Source of the DNA: a virus
Length of the DNA: 36,998 bases
Reading direction: 5' to 3' (one strand)
Virus record (IMG/VR): IMGVR_UViG_3300043219_000413
The stretch's first letter is position 1. Each line of letters starts with the position of its first letter. Below, in pieces: positions 1 to 10,452 of the stretch. The position numbers and the translations under genes were made by a program. The notes under the pieces were generated by a model. The model was not told where the DNA came from, searched no databases, and worked only from the letters and a program-made list of their open reading frames with translations.

Positions 1-127
1 CTATTGAAGTTGCCGATGAAATGGGCGCAGGGAATAGAGTCACTGCGACAATGTTTAAGCTTGCTGATGAAGCGAAGACTGCCATTATCTCGCAAGCTAT
101 CGACCTGGTTCCCGCTGTTACAGAATT
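1..127. repeat. Left copy of the 127-bp end duplication (identical to 36872-36998)
   Basis: Direct comparison of both ends: ctattgaagttgccgatgaaatgggcgcagggaatagag...gctgttacagaatt appears at both. Confidence 0.95.
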
Positions 128-170
128 TAATCCTATTGGTGTTTACAACATAGAAGCCGACGACTATTAA
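1..170 (+). CDS. 3' portion of the head-to-tail adaptor gene (P22 gp4 / T7 gp11 class); continuation of the ORF starting at 36349
   Basis: Codon phase at base 3 continues the frame of 36349-36998 across the circular junction. Stop TAA at 168-170. Joined product is 230 aa. Confidence 0.7.
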   Translation, partial: IEVADEMGAGNRVTATMFKLADEAKTAIISQAIDLVPAVTEFNPIGVYNIEADDY

Positions 171-189
171 AATAAATCCAGCTGTTAGC

Positions 190-1710
190 TTGGACATACA
201 GGGATTTAGTGGCTCAGCAATTACCGATTACAACACGGGACTAACCAATACAATTATAGGTGTAAACGCGAAAGCAACTCAGCGTCCATCTATAAATATA
301 ACGGAAGACAGCACAACCATCGTTGGGATTCTCGCCAGGGCACGCGGTATTTATTATTGGGAGACAAACGAAAAAAGATACATCGTTAATGACGACAATG
401 TATTTGAATCGTCCCAGAGCAATATACCTATAGCTCCAATATCAGGCACCTTTTCCAGTGGAACGGAGCGCTGCACAATATTAGAAACGGTTAGCCTGGG
501 TGATAACCGGCTAGTTATTCTTGATGCTGAAAACAATAAAGGCTGGCAAATGGATGCAGCCTTAAATCTAAATCAGATTGCTTCTAACTTTCCTTCAACG
601 CTCGCTCATGGCGGCGCTATTTTAGATGGTTACTTGTTTGTCATGGATGAAGATGGTGTTATTTATAATTCCGCCGTCAACGATCCTACTATTTTTCCTG
701 CGACTGGGTTTATAACAGCAGAGCGAGAAAGTGATAAGGGCGTCTATCTTGCAAAACATCATGACCATCTTGTTGCTTTTGGTACACGAACAATTGAATT
801 TTTCTATGACGCATCAAATACAGTCGGTAGCCCCTTAAATAGAAGGCAGGATGTCGCTTATACCTATGGTTGCGCGTCAGGATTAAGTGTCTGGGAAGAC
901 AACGACATTGTTTATTTTTTGGGAACAGACTCATCGGGTCAGCTCGGTGTCTGGAAGCTTGAAAACTTTCAGATCTCACCAATTTCTACAGACGCTATAA
1001 ATTCTTATCTATCAAAAGGCCTCACTCAAACAGGCTTGGTTGTGCGTTTTGAAGGTCTCTCTGCAATGGGACATCGAACGCTCATCGTTACGATTTATAC
1101 ATTAACCGGCGAGGCACCTGGTGAGATCTTTCCAAAGATTACATTGTCATTTGATTCACTAACGGGCCTGTGGGGTTTCTGGCAAACCACCTTAAATTCA
1201 AATACGACGTTCCCGTTAGTTGACTGGACAAAAAGAACGGGCGGACAGAACGAGACGGATGCAGCGAGAACAGGCGAAGGTTTGTTGTTTAGTGGCGACA
1301 TTATTGAACTCAATGATGATTTTATTCCGATCGATACCGTTTTGGGTACAGCTATTTATGAAGCCGGTATCTATGAAGTTGATATTTATTCCGTCTCCTC
1401 TGATGTTGGCACAAACATCTCATCCATTATCCGCTTCGGCTTAACTGATGGCGGAGCGTCCGTTTATAAGTTTCAAAACAGAGAAACAGTCGTAATGGAA
1501 AACACCGCTTTTTCTCAGACTCTCACGATCAGACACTCAGATGAATCCAGTAGCGACTTTGGTGTAGGAAACATAATCGATACCGCTTTGACCCGAAAAG
1601 AAATTTATCAAGGGGGGCGCTTTATGAAACGAAATTATCAAACTGAATATGCAGGTGATGAGCAGTTCTTTATTGAGTCACTCGATGTTGATTTGAGCGT
1701 TGGGTTTTGA
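190..1710 (+). CDS. Tail hub / packaged-DNA stabilisation protein, P22 gp10-like (506 aa), TTG start
   Basis: N-terminus MDIQG.. resembles P22 gp10 MPIQQ... Internal block AERESDKGVYLAKHHDHLVAFGTRTIEFFYDASN resembles gp10 AESQPDGIIGIGTWRDFIVCFGSSTIEYFSLTG. Sits directly after the adaptor gene. Confidence 0.7.
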   Translation: MDIQGFSGSAITDYNTGLTNTIIGVNAKATQRPSINITEDSTTIVGILARARGIYYWETNEKRYIVNDDNVFESSQSNIPIAPISGTFSSGTERCTILETVSLGDNRLVILDAENNKGWQMDAALNLNQIASNFPSTLAHGGAILDGYLFVMDEDGVIYNSAVNDPTIFPATGFITAERESDKGVYLAKHHDHLVAFGTRTIEFFYDASNTVGSPLNRRQDVAYTYGCASGLSVWEDNDIVYFLGTDSSGQLGVWKLENFQISPISTDAINSYLSKGLTQTGLVVRFEGLSAMGHRTLIVTIYTLTGEAPGEIFPKITLSFDSLTGLWGFWQTTLNSNTTFPLVDWTKRTGGQNETDAARTGEGLLFSGDIIELNDDFIPIDTVLGTAIYEAGIYEVDIYSVSSDVGTNISSIIRFGLTDGGASVYKFQNRETVVMENTAFSQTLTIRHSDESSSDFGVGNIIDTALTRKEIYQGGRFMKRNYQTEYAGDEQFFIESLDVDLSVGF

Positions 1711-2564
1711 GTTTTAACATTGAACCACCTCCATCGACGATTAAAGAATTTACCTTTCAATGGAAGACCTGGCTTAACAATTTTTATACATGGGTGCGAC
1801 TTAACATGGGAACAGATTTCTATACAGAAGTAGCAAAAGGGAATGTTGAGGGACACTCCATTATCCATAAATTCGGGTCGTCACTCTTAACATCAACTCA
1901 GCGCGTTGTTACTCAGACGGGAACATATGAGACGCCATTAGCCCCCGTGACACTGGAAATTTTGAGTGACAACGTTAATGACACAGCGGCAGGAACTGGT
2001 GCGCAACAAGTCACTCTAATTGGACTTGATCTCAACTACGAGGAGATTAGTTTTACGGCAGAGATGAACGGAACAACGCCCGTGACGCTCGATACTGATC
2101 TTGTTCGGCTATATCGGTGGTACGTCAATCGATCAGGATCTTATGCCGATTCAACAACGTCATCTCACGTCGGTGTTTTATCAGTGCAGGTGTCTGGTGG
2201 TGGCACAGTTTGGGACATTCTGCCCAATACACCGCTACCTTACGGTCAGTCCTCTATTGGTGCATACACCATCCCAAAAGGGAAAACAGGTTACCTCCTT
2301 TCAAAGCAGATTTTTGTTGATTCAACAAAGTCAGCGGATATCTTTTTCTTCCAGCGAGACCACGCTGATGATGTCACCACGCCATTCTCTGGAACCCGGC
2401 GATTGCTTGAAAATGAGATTGGTGTTGCAGGTACTTTAACTATGAATTTTAGATCACCGAAAGGCCGCTTTGTTGGGCCATGTGATGTTGGCTTTTTTGG
2501 TAGTGTCGAAGTAAGTACAGCTTTTACTTCTGTCGAATTTGAATTGCTGTTGGTGGACAATTAA
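1707..2564 (+). CDS. Conserved tail-associated virion protein of unknown function (285 aa)
   Basis: Long ORF overlapping the upstream stop (TTGA). Possible alternative ATG start at 1806 (MGTDFYTEVAKGNVEGHSIIHKFG...). Lies between the tail hub and the tail fibre. Confidence 0.6.
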   Translation: MSFNIEPPPSTIKEFTFQWKTWLNNFYTWVRLNMGTDFYTEVAKGNVEGHSIIHKFGSSLLTSTQRVVTQTGTYETPLAPVTLEILSDNVNDTAAGTGAQQVTLIGLDLNYEEISFTAEMNGTTPVTLDTDLVRLYRWYVNRSGSYADSTTSSHVGVLSVQVSGGGTVWDILPNTPLPYGQSSIGAYTIPKGKTGYLLSKQIFVDSTKSADIFFFQRDHADDVTTPFSGTRRLLENEIGVAGTLTMNFRSPKGRFVGPCDVGFFGSVEVSTAFTSVEFELLLVDN

Positions 2565-3827
2565 ATGGCAGCAATTATTACACGAACTGGCAAAGGCGCG
2601 GCAATAACGCAATCTGAGAACGATTCAAATCTTGACTCACTTTGCGGCATTAATGAACCTCAGACAGGAATAACTTATACGGTTGATGCCGCTGATCAAA
2701 ACAGCACAATTGAATTCTCGAACGCATCGTCGGTTACAACAACACTGACATTAATATCAACAATCATTGCCGCAAATGATACCTCTGATTTTCAGGTGAC
2801 GTTAAAAAATATTGGTGCTGGTATTGTCACGGTTACGCCAACAACTGACACTTTTGATGATGGTACAGTCACGAAAACATTGGCTCAATACGAGTGGATG
2901 ACAATTCAGACTGATAGTACGCAGGCCCTGTGGAATATCATTGCCTCATCGGATGCAAGTAAAGTTGATGGGCTGGATGCTTCTCAATTTTTGAGAAGTG
3001 ATGCAAGTGATACCGCAACCGGAGACTTAATCTTTAATGGAGCAAATACATATAACGGTATAAATGTATACACGGCTAGTAATGATTTTGCTGGCGGAAT
3101 CAGTATTGACTCCGTCGCCATCACATCAACGGCAGCAGAATTAAATATACTGGACGGTGTGACGGCTAATGCGGCAGAGCTAAATTATAACGATATAACA
3201 ACACTGGGTACAGTTGAAGCTAGTAAAACAGTAACGGCTGATGCGTCAAAAAATATTATTGATGTAAATGACTTAACTGTTGATGGTGCAATAAGTACGG
3301 ATACGATTGCAGCGACAACATCTATTACAACCGCAGCAACAAGCACCGACACAATTACCGCAACAATAGCTGATGGGGATCTTGATTTGATCCGCAATGG
3401 AACAGGCAACATAACTGTCGATAGCATACCAATTTACGGTTTCACATTACTTGACGTTCCCGTTCAGATAAGTAGCAACACAACAGAAGGATCTTTTTAT
3501 ACTGTTGACGCGACAAGTGCTGCCAGCGCTGATACTAAGAAGCTGATCGTGAATGTCATTATAGAAGCGTCAGGAGTTCTTGCTCTTGGCAGTCATAGCT
3601 TCTGGGCAGTGCCTTTCGGCCAAACCGAGAATGCCACTGACCCCAACCTGAAAGCATGGACGATTGTTAACCCATTTAATGCCGGCGCAACTGACATTCA
3701 AACTCGATCGTCAAATGAATTCACTATTAATTGTGACAGCGCACAGCGAATCAGAGTTCGTTGTGATGAGCTTTTAGGCAACACTATAAATAAATGCATA
3801 GTGTACCTGGTTGGTTATTATTCATAA
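2565..3827 (+). CDS. Tail fibre protein (420 aa)
   Basis: N-terminus TRTGKGAAITQSENDSNLDSL and the motif LDASQFLRSDASDTATGDLIFNG are typical of phage tail fibres. Thr/Ala-rich repetitive shaft (ISTDTIAATTSITTAATSTDTITAT). ATG abuts the upstream stop. Confidence 0.75.
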   Translation: MAAIITRTGKGAAITQSENDSNLDSLCGINEPQTGITYTVDAADQNSTIEFSNASSVTTTLTLISTIIAANDTSDFQVTLKNIGAGIVTVTPTTDTFDDGTVTKTLAQYEWMTIQTDSTQALWNIIASSDASKVDGLDASQFLRSDASDTATGDLIFNGANTYNGINVYTASNDFAGGISIDSVAITSTAAELNILDGVTANAAELNYNDITTLGTVEASKTVTADASKNIIDVNDLTVDGAISTDTIAATTSITTAATSTDTITATIADGDLDLIRNGTGNITVDSIPIYGFTLLDVPVQISSNTTEGSFYTVDATSAASADTKKLIVNVIIEASGVLALGSHSFWAVPFGQTENATDPNLKAWTIVNPFNAGATDIQTRSSNEFTINCDSAQRIRVRCDELLGNTINKCIVYLVGYYS

Positions 3828-3962
3828 CTAAATCACCCTGTTTTTTATTTTTTGTCCTTTTAATTTTAAACCTGGCTCTCTCTTCTCACTAATACTTATC
3901 TGTTTTTTCGTGTCGACACATCTGTGTTTTTTGATGCGCGTCTTTGTTTTTTGGAAAATTTA

Positions 3963-4457
3963 ATGAACATAATAATTGAATACAAAGGCCACTCAACTGT
4001 TGAAGGCTTTTCGGACAATCGTGTCATTAAGCAGAGCAAAAAAAACAGAGACAAGATCGTTGAGTTACAAGACGAAATGATGAGGATGAAACAAACGCTA
4101 GATCTATTTCCGCTGATTCATCATTTCGCGCCTGGCGTCTATGCCAGAGAGATGTCTCTGCCCGCAGGTCATACCATCATTGGAAAAATCCACAAACATG
4201 CTCACCTCAATATCGTCTCAAAAGGTGTTGTTGTTGTATCAACAGAAGAAGGCTCAAAGGAGCTAAAAGCGCCCTGTGTTTTTACTTCTTACGCCGGAAC
4301 AAAAAGGGCTGTCTTTATAAAAGAAGATGCTGTTTGGATAACGATTCATATCACAGAAAAAACAGATTTAAGAGAAATTGAAAACGAGTTAATCGCGAAA
4401 GATTTTAATGATTTTGCGGGGGAACAAGAAGTGAAAAAAGTAGGAAACAATTTATGA
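3963..4457 (+). CDS. Cupin-fold-like protein (164 aa from ATG 3963; ORF is open from 3924)
   Basis: His-rich beta-barrel-like core GHTIIGKIHKHAHLNIVSKGVVVV resembles cupin metal-site motifs. Start is uncertain. Confidence 0.45.
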   Translation: MNIIIEYKGHSTVEGFSDNRVIKQSKKNRDKIVELQDEMMRMKQTLDLFPLIHHFAPGVYAREMSLPAGHTIIGKIHKHAHLNIVSKGVVVVSTEEGSKELKAPCVFTSYAGTKRAVFIKEDAVWITIHITEKTDLREIENELIAKDFNDFAGEQEVKKVGNNL

Positions 4458-5626
4458 CCTGGGGAGTAGCGGCGGTTGTCGGTACTATAGCCGCACCGAT
4501 TATTGGTGGTTATATGGGGGCGCAAGGTGCAGAGGGCGCAGCCGAGACATCAGCGGCCTCAACTGATCGAGCGACACAGTTGCAACAGCAGATGTACCTG
4601 CAAGGTCGAAGTGATTTACAACCGTGGATGAATGTTGCTACAGGTGAACCACAATACAATCGAATTTATGATCCCGAACCACCCAGGGCTGGAAGTCCAG
4701 AGGATCTTGTTGCTTTTAGTGAGTTTGTAACTGCACAGGCACGAGGTGAAGTTGATGCGCAGGGTTATGCTTTAAATAATCTTGGCGCGAGAGAAGTTAC
4801 TGGTTATGGAGAAGGTGGTGCTCTCGGTCAGTTGGCTGGGTATGGTCGCAGTCAGGTTGCGCCTGGTGAATATATTCCTGAGTCAGCGATTCCCGAATAT
4901 GATCCGCGCTCAGCTATTCAGGGCTTTGACGTTACAGGAGACCAACCTGCCTATGGTCGTTTAACTGATATCACTCAAGATCCATCTTATCAATTTAGAA
5001 AAGCAGAACAAGATAGATCAATTAATCGAAATATGGCTGGCATGGGCAAGTTGATGTCAGGTAATCGTCTTGAGGAATTGATGGCCCGAAGTGGTGATTT
5101 AGCTTCACAGGAATATGGAAATGCTTACCAGCGAAATATTCAGGACTATGAGATAGGTCGAGGCCGAGAGGCAACAGGTTATGCGCGAGACTTGACGGGT
5201 TTTGAGCAAAATCGGTTGGCCGAAGAGTCACGTTATGGTCGAGATATTACTGCATACAATGCGGCGTCCCAGAGGGAAGCACTTGGTTACGGTCGTGGTG
5301 TAGATGCCTATGGCCGCGCCTATGGAGAGGAGGGTGATTATTTAAACCGACTTTCCAATCTATCAAATGTTGGGCAGACCACTGCAACCAACATGGCAGG
5401 TATGGGAGCGAATGCCGCAAATACAATGGGCGCTAACATCATAGCTGGTGGTGGTGCCCGTGCAGCGGGACAGTTGGGCCAAACAGCTGCATGGACAGGT
5501 GCATTAGGTGATCTGACTTCGCTAGGAACACAGTATTTTATGAATCAACCATCACAGCAATCTTATACGACAGCACCTGGTTATGGCGGCACATCCATAA
5601 GAGGGTGGGACGCTTACGGGGCTTAA
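4454..5626 (+). CDS. Internal virion / ejection protein with N-terminal transmembrane segment, Gly/Tyr/Arg-rich (390 aa)
   Basis: ATGA overlap with the upstream gene. N-terminus WGVAAVVGTIAAPIIGGYMGAQG is hydrophobic. Internal repeats of type Y(G/A)R(D/G)xx(A/G)(Y/F). Position after the fibre gene matches podovirus internal proteins. Confidence 0.55.
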   Translation: MTWGVAAVVGTIAAPIIGGYMGAQGAEGAAETSAASTDRATQLQQQMYLQGRSDLQPWMNVATGEPQYNRIYDPEPPRAGSPEDLVAFSEFVTAQARGEVDAQGYALNNLGAREVTGYGEGGALGQLAGYGRSQVAPGEYIPESAIPEYDPRSAIQGFDVTGDQPAYGRLTDITQDPSYQFRKAEQDRSINRNMAGMGKLMSGNRLEELMARSGDLASQEYGNAYQRNIQDYEIGRGREATGYARDLTGFEQNRLAEESRYGRDITAYNAASQREALGYGRGVDAYGRAYGEEGDYLNRLSNLSNVGQTTATNMAGMGANAANTMGANIIAGGGARAAGQLGQTAAWTGALGDLTSLGTQYFMNQPSQQSYTTAPGYGGTSIRGWDAYGA

Positions 5627-5627
5627 T

Positions 5628-6857
5628 ATGGCGCTAAATCAACTCATTGCCCAAGGCGGGCGAAACATTAAATCACCTGTTCAGCGTTACATGGAAACGC
5701 GAGCGCAAATGAATAAGGAACAACAAAATCGTTTAGCTCAGGAATCAACGCGCCAGGGAATGGCTGCACAAAGGCAACAGATGGGAGTGCAGCAACAACA
5801 ACTCGCTATGCAGCAACAAAAGCAAAAAGCTGAAATGGGAACAGCTTATGCTGAGTCGATTACACCCATAATTTCAGGGATTAATCGACTGCCTGAAACG
5901 GAAAGGCAATCAGCGTGGTCTCAATCGATGCCTCGAATAGAGCAAGTGGCTCAGCAATACAATATTCCGTTAGCGCCACAGATGGAACAGTGGAATCAGC
6001 AAAGAGCTGATGCGCTTATAGCTCAACATGGTGTCCCGTTAGTTGCCCCGCAAATGAGGACAGTTTTAAAAGGCAATGAAAAAGTAAATCAGGAATGGAA
6101 CGAAAAGACTGGAAGATGGAAGGAGGTCGGTCGAGGTGTTTCAACTCAAATAACGGCTGCACCTGGAGAGTTGACTAAGCAGGCTGTTACAAGTTTACAA
6201 AAACAGTTAACAAAAAACCTGTTGTCGAAAGATAAAATAACAACTGGCATTAATTTTATTATGAAAAACCAGAATCTATTCGATTTAGGTTCACGCATGT
6301 CAGCAGGTGTTGGAAACGCAATGGAGTTTATCGGAATAGATGCGCCCGAGTATCTAAAGAAAGAGGTCGAGGGGATGGCTGACCTCAAGACTTATACACT
6401 CAACATCGCTAATGGTATAAGGAAAGAAACCACAGGCGCGGCATCCTCTTACAAGGAGTTGGATAAGTTTATTTATCCGCTGGTTGCTGTTGCGACTGAT
6501 GGTAAAACGCGAGCGATAAAACGGATGCAGGCGCTTACGCAATTTAACGAGTTAACTACTGTTCGATTAAATCAATTGCTAAACGATGGTTATAAGGTTA
6601 TTTCAAAACAGGGCGATAAAACGATGAGAGTTAAATCGCCAGATGGAAAAGTAATTGCCGTCGATAAATCCTTTCCATTATCGAGCATTCCCTCGTATGA
6701 CGAGCGAAAAGGTCAGCTTCTTTCCGCTATGGCTCAGGGAAAAAAACCAGGTGACTTTTCAGAGCAGCAACGAATCGACATGTTCAATGAAGTACAAAAT
6801 GCAATGACACAAGAAGGATACAATACTGATGTCTCTCGCGCAGGCTGGAGACAATAG
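5628..6857 (+). CDS. Internal virion / ejection protein, Gln-rich coiled-coil N-terminus (409 aa)
   Basis: Long ORF starting 1 nt after the upstream stop. Contains a QQQQLAMQQQKQK tract. Call rests on position in the ejection-protein block. Confidence 0.5.
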   Translation: MALNQLIAQGGRNIKSPVQRYMETRAQMNKEQQNRLAQESTRQGMAAQRQQMGVQQQQLAMQQQKQKAEMGTAYAESITPIISGINRLPETERQSAWSQSMPRIEQVAQQYNIPLAPQMEQWNQQRADALIAQHGVPLVAPQMRTVLKGNEKVNQEWNEKTGRWKEVGRGVSTQITAAPGELTKQAVTSLQKQLTKNLLSKDKITTGINFIMKNQNLFDLGSRMSAGVGNAMEFIGIDAPEYLKKEVEGMADLKTYTLNIANGIRKETTGAASSYKELDKFIYPLVAVATDGKTRAIKRMQALTQFNELTTVRLNQLLNDGYKVISKQGDKTMRVKSPDGKVIAVDKSFPLSSIPSYDERKGQLLSAMAQGKKPGDFSEQQRIDMFNEVQNAMTQEGYNTDVSRAGWRQ

Positions 6858-9526
6858 TGGCCAACCCCTGGGAAGATTATGAGCCACAGGTTACGCCCGA
6901 CAAAAATGAATGGGCTGATTACTCGCCTGGTGCCCCGGTTCCTGAACCAGAACAACCAAAAGTAGGCGGTATTGATTTAGTAAAAAACTCCTATGAATCA
7001 CTGGTTAATGCCCTAAAGGGGACAGGAATGACAATCGCTGATTTCGAAAGGAACCTGGCTGCCGGTGCCCTTAAAATGCCAACTGAAGCAGCGGGCGCTG
7101 TTTTGGAGTTCGGTGAAGACTTGGGTGGTAATTTAGTCAATGTTGGTAGACAGATTACCGGGCAGCCCATGATGGAGCAGGATAATGTTTTATCAGAATG
7201 GGTTAAAGGTCAGGGGCGTCAGGCCGCTGAAATGATTCGCCCTTCTGATCAAGGTATTGGTGGTCGTATTGTCGAGGAAGTTGGCTCTTATGCGCTCCCA
7301 TCGGCAGGAATAACAAAAATGATGATAAGTAGCGGGGCCTTACTTAAAAATGCACCACGAACATTAGGCATGTTTGAAAACATGCTCGTGGATACTGCAA
7401 AAGATCCTAGAAAAACAATGATATTGGATCAAACACTGAGCGCTTTAATGGCTAGCGCTGGACAGGCGTCAGAGGAGGCGGGTTTATCTCCAACTCAGCG
7501 CGCATTAGTTGAACTGACAACCGGCGTTGTGCCAGCTGGTGTTCCTGCCGCTTACGCAAGGGCGAAAAACATTGTCGGTAACGCTCGCTTTTCTAAGTAT
7601 GCCGTTGGTAAATATCTGAATGATGTTGCTGGTGAAGATCCTTTGTTTTGGAAAACATATAACGAGATGTCTGGTTTATCAAAAAAACATGGCGTTGAAA
7701 TGGATCTACCTGAGCTAGCTAAAAACCCAGAATTAAAAGCCGCTCAGAAAGCGCTTACAGAAGAAGCTGTTGGTGGAGCAACTAGAGTTGAGTCGGTAAT
7801 ACCTAAGCAGCAAGCGCAGCAAGTTCGCGGCGCTTTTGATTATTCACCAAGGGCTGTGGATCAGGCTATAAAGACAGAAACAGAATCTATCGCTACTGTT
7901 GAGCGAACACTGCAAAACAAGATAGCCTTGGCAGAAAAAGTCGCTACAAAAGAAGCAATACCCTACAAGCAATCATCAATAAGGGAGGCAGGGGATGCGG
8001 CCGTTATTACCCTGGATGCTGAAGAAGCATTAGCAACTACCGCCCTGAATAAACAATATGCCGAGATAGGCTTAGAAGTTCCTGTAAAAACCGACCTTAT
8101 TCGCACGGCAATAAATAATGCAAGAAAATCAGCGCTACCTAAAAATCAATGGCGCGGGGAATTAGAACCTCATCTGAAAGGCGTATTAAACGTCTTAACA
8201 GGAGGCGCAAAACCACAGCCAAAACTCTATGGCGTAACTCGACCTGCACAAATACAAAAAGAGCAACCAACAAAAGATTTAACACTTGAGGGTATTCAGG
8301 AATTACAGGGTTTGCTGAAAACAGCTATAAGAACTGAACGTACAGCGGGAAAGGATCAACTCGTCAGAGAGCTATCAAAAGTTTTAGATTCAACATATAA
8401 ACAGTTGGATTCAGTAACAGGTTTATCCCAAAGAGATGTTAGCGCATTAAAAGCAGCAAACAATCAATCTCGATTGGTTCATCAGCGATTCGATGATTCG
8501 CGAGTGAGTATCTTTAATAAAATGGATAAACAAGGTGTTGTTAAAACAGCATCCGAGGATGTTATAAAAAATATAATAAGGCCTGATTCACAAGCCAATT
8601 CAATTCGATCGGTGGAGACTTATCAAAACGCTGTTGGTGACCCAGCAAAAGCGAAAGCTATTTTGAAAAATGGTTTTATCGCCAAGCTTGCTGTCAATTC
8701 ACTGAATAAACAAACAGCCAGTGGTTCAGATTATTTATTGAATGTTAAGTCAACGGCTAACTTCTTAAAACAACATAAAAATTTTTTAAATGCATCGGGA
8801 TTGAAGAATGAATTTAAAAACCCGGCAGCCGCATCAAAAGAGCTGGAGCTAGCTCAAGCTGGCTTGCAGGATCATATAAGCCAGATATCTAAAAGTGAAT
8901 TATCTAAATGGGTCGGTTCGGACGATCCAATCGGATTTGTTTCAGAAGCCATTAATAATGGGAGTATAAAGCGCTTACTATTAAAGACGAAGAGCAAGCC
9001 ACTTGTTCAACGTGGTATTCGTGAAGCTGCATGGGAAGGGATTTTAAAAGGAGCCAATGTCACGCGAGGTATGCGTGGGTTAGAAAATGATCTAACAGTT
9101 GACTCGTTGAAGCTGGCTTTTCAGCGAAACAATGAGAACTTAAGGCTTGGCCTGGGAGAAGCTCATTACAATGATGCAAAAGAGCTAGCTCAGATCGTCG
9201 ATAGTCTCTCACTTCAACCAACAACAACAGCAGGTTTTGCAACAGAGCGCCCGATAGAGGGACTAACCGAAAAACTTTTTACTGGCTTGCGCGCGGCATC
9301 TCACGGGTTTGTTCGCCCTGATTTGATTGTTGCTCAGATGGGGAAAAGGAGCTTTGATGCAATCAGACTGGCTGAATCTAAGAAACTTCTAAAAGAAGCT
9401 CTAATTAATCCAGATGCTGCAAAAGAAATGATAAGGATTTATCGAAGCGGAAAACCTGGAGTTGAAGCGATTAGAGCTACCTTATCCCCGTTCGCAACAT
9501 CAGCAGGGCAACTTGCAACCGAGTAA
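6857..9526 (+). CDS. Large internal virion / DNA-ejection protein (889 aa), GTG start overlapping upstream TAG
   Basis: Longest ORF in the genome, largely helical composition. GGAG lies 7 nt upstream of the GTG. Last gene before a strong terminator. Confidence 0.55.
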   Translation: MANPWEDYEPQVTPDKNEWADYSPGAPVPEPEQPKVGGIDLVKNSYESLVNALKGTGMTIADFERNLAAGALKMPTEAAGAVLEFGEDLGGNLVNVGRQITGQPMMEQDNVLSEWVKGQGRQAAEMIRPSDQGIGGRIVEEVGSYALPSAGITKMMISSGALLKNAPRTLGMFENMLVDTAKDPRKTMILDQTLSALMASAGQASEEAGLSPTQRALVELTTGVVPAGVPAAYARAKNIVGNARFSKYAVGKYLNDVAGEDPLFWKTYNEMSGLSKKHGVEMDLPELAKNPELKAAQKALTEEAVGGATRVESVIPKQQAQQVRGAFDYSPRAVDQAIKTETESIATVERTLQNKIALAEKVATKEAIPYKQSSIREAGDAAVITLDAEEALATTALNKQYAEIGLEVPVKTDLIRTAINNARKSALPKNQWRGELEPHLKGVLNVLTGGAKPQPKLYGVTRPAQIQKEQPTKDLTLEGIQELQGLLKTAIRTERTAGKDQLVRELSKVLDSTYKQLDSVTGLSQRDVSALKAANNQSRLVHQRFDDSRVSIFNKMDKQGVVKTASEDVIKNIIRPDSQANSIRSVETYQNAVGDPAKAKAILKNGFIAKLAVNSLNKQTASGSDYLLNVKSTANFLKQHKNFLNASGLKNEFKNPAAASKELELAQAGLQDHISQISKSELSKWVGSDDPIGFVSEAINNGSIKRLLLKTKSKPLVQRGIREAAWEGILKGANVTRGMRGLENDLTVDSLKLAFQRNNENLRLGLGEAHYNDAKELAQIVDSLSLQPTTTAGFATERPIEGLTEKLFTGLRAASHGFVRPDLIVAQMGKRSFDAIRLAESKKLLKEALINPDAAKEMIRIYRSGKPGVEAIRATLSPFATSAGQLATE

Positions 9527-9557
9527 TAAGTAGATAGATCACAGATAAGTAAATACA

Positions 9558-9585
9558 AAAACCCGCATAAAGCGGGTTTTTTTTT
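9558..9585 (+). terminator. Rho-independent terminator after the ejection-protein operon
   Basis: Hairpin acccgc-ataaa-gcgggt followed by T9. Confidence 0.8.
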
Positions 9586-9596
9586 GGGAAAAAATA

Positions 9597-9932
9597 ATGA
9601 CAGTTGAAAATATAACAAAGCATGTCCTTCTGGATAATGTTTCCACTACCGGCGCTGGAAGCAAAGTTCCATTAATAAAAAAAGGTGACTCTAGTGCTAC
9701 ATTTCAGGCAACAGTTAATGGAACATCTGGAACCGTTACAGCAACAACTGATATCGAAGTCTCTAATAATGAGACGGACTGGATCTCTATGGCAACAATA
9801 AGTCTATCCGCTTCCGCGCCTGTCGCGGACAGTGATGGCTTTGCCTCAAATGCATCATGGTGTTTCGTTCGAGCCAACCTCACAGCGGTAACAGGCACTG
9901 GTACCCGAGTGACTGTGGTTATGGGGTTATAA
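9597..9932 (+). CDS. Small beta-rich protein, probably virion-associated (111 aa)
   Basis: ORF with Thr/Ser/Gly/Val-rich beta-strand-like composition. First gene of the post-terminator cassette. Confidence 0.5.
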   Translation: MTVENITKHVLLDNVSTTGAGSKVPLIKKGDSSATFQATVNGTSGTVTATTDIEVSNNETDWISMATISLSASAPVADSDGFASNASWCFVRANLTAVTGTGTRVTVVMGL

Positions 9933-9936
9933 TCCT

Positions 9937-10452
9937 ATGATCTTTACTCAGCCAAGCCTAACTGGAATCCCAGTGAAGACAGAAAAAGTTATTGCTGCTA
10001 GTTCTGATTTTTCTGCTACTTCATCTAGTGATCCAAACTATCTTAGCCAAGTGATTCCGGCGAATTCGATCGGGGTTGATGGTTTTTTAATTCTTGATAT
10101 TTTTATGACTAGGGGTGGAACCGTTAGTCTCGTCTTTTTAACCTTTACGTTAGGAGGAGAAGAGTTCTCTTCGGATATTATGTTTCCGTTCAATGGTAGT
10201 TATCAAACCCGGATCATTCTGTATTCAAATCATTCTATCAACGAATTGAAATCACTTGCTAATTTAACAACAACACCCACTCCTTACTTTAAAGGCAATG
10301 CCGGTAAAGTAGTAACTCCCGTGAATCTGAAGAGTGACAATTTATTGAATTTAGATGTACAAATGTTTGATGCCTCAGACAGCTTTACTGTCGAATCCTA
10401 CAGCGTGAGAGCATTCAATCCTTCTGGAATCAATACTATTATTGGTGGGTAA
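9937..10452 (+). CDS. Fibre-associated / host-recognition candidate, paralog A (171 aa)
   Basis: Clear paralog of 10520-11023. Shared blocks: IPA(N/R)S(I/L)G..G(F/Y)(L/I)ILDI(F/Y)MTR(G/A)GT and DSF.(V/L)E.YS(V/I)R.FNP.GI. Confidence 0.55.
   Translation: MIFTQPSLTGIPVKTEKVIAASSDFSATSSSDPNYLSQVIPANSIGVDGFLILDIFMTRGGTVSLVFLTFTLGGEEFSSDIMFPFNGSYQTRIILYSNHSINELKSLANLTTTPTPYFKGNAGKVVTPVNLKSDNLLNLDVQMFDASDSFTVESYSVRAFNPSGINTIIGG

Noticed and set aside
354-1868. Minus-strand and alternate-frame ORFs inside the gp10-like gene (354-536, 710-982, 1095-1313, 1220-1444, 1638-1868)
   Set aside because: All are embedded in a long ORF with recognisable homology. They have odd composition and no RBS, so they are shadow ORFs.
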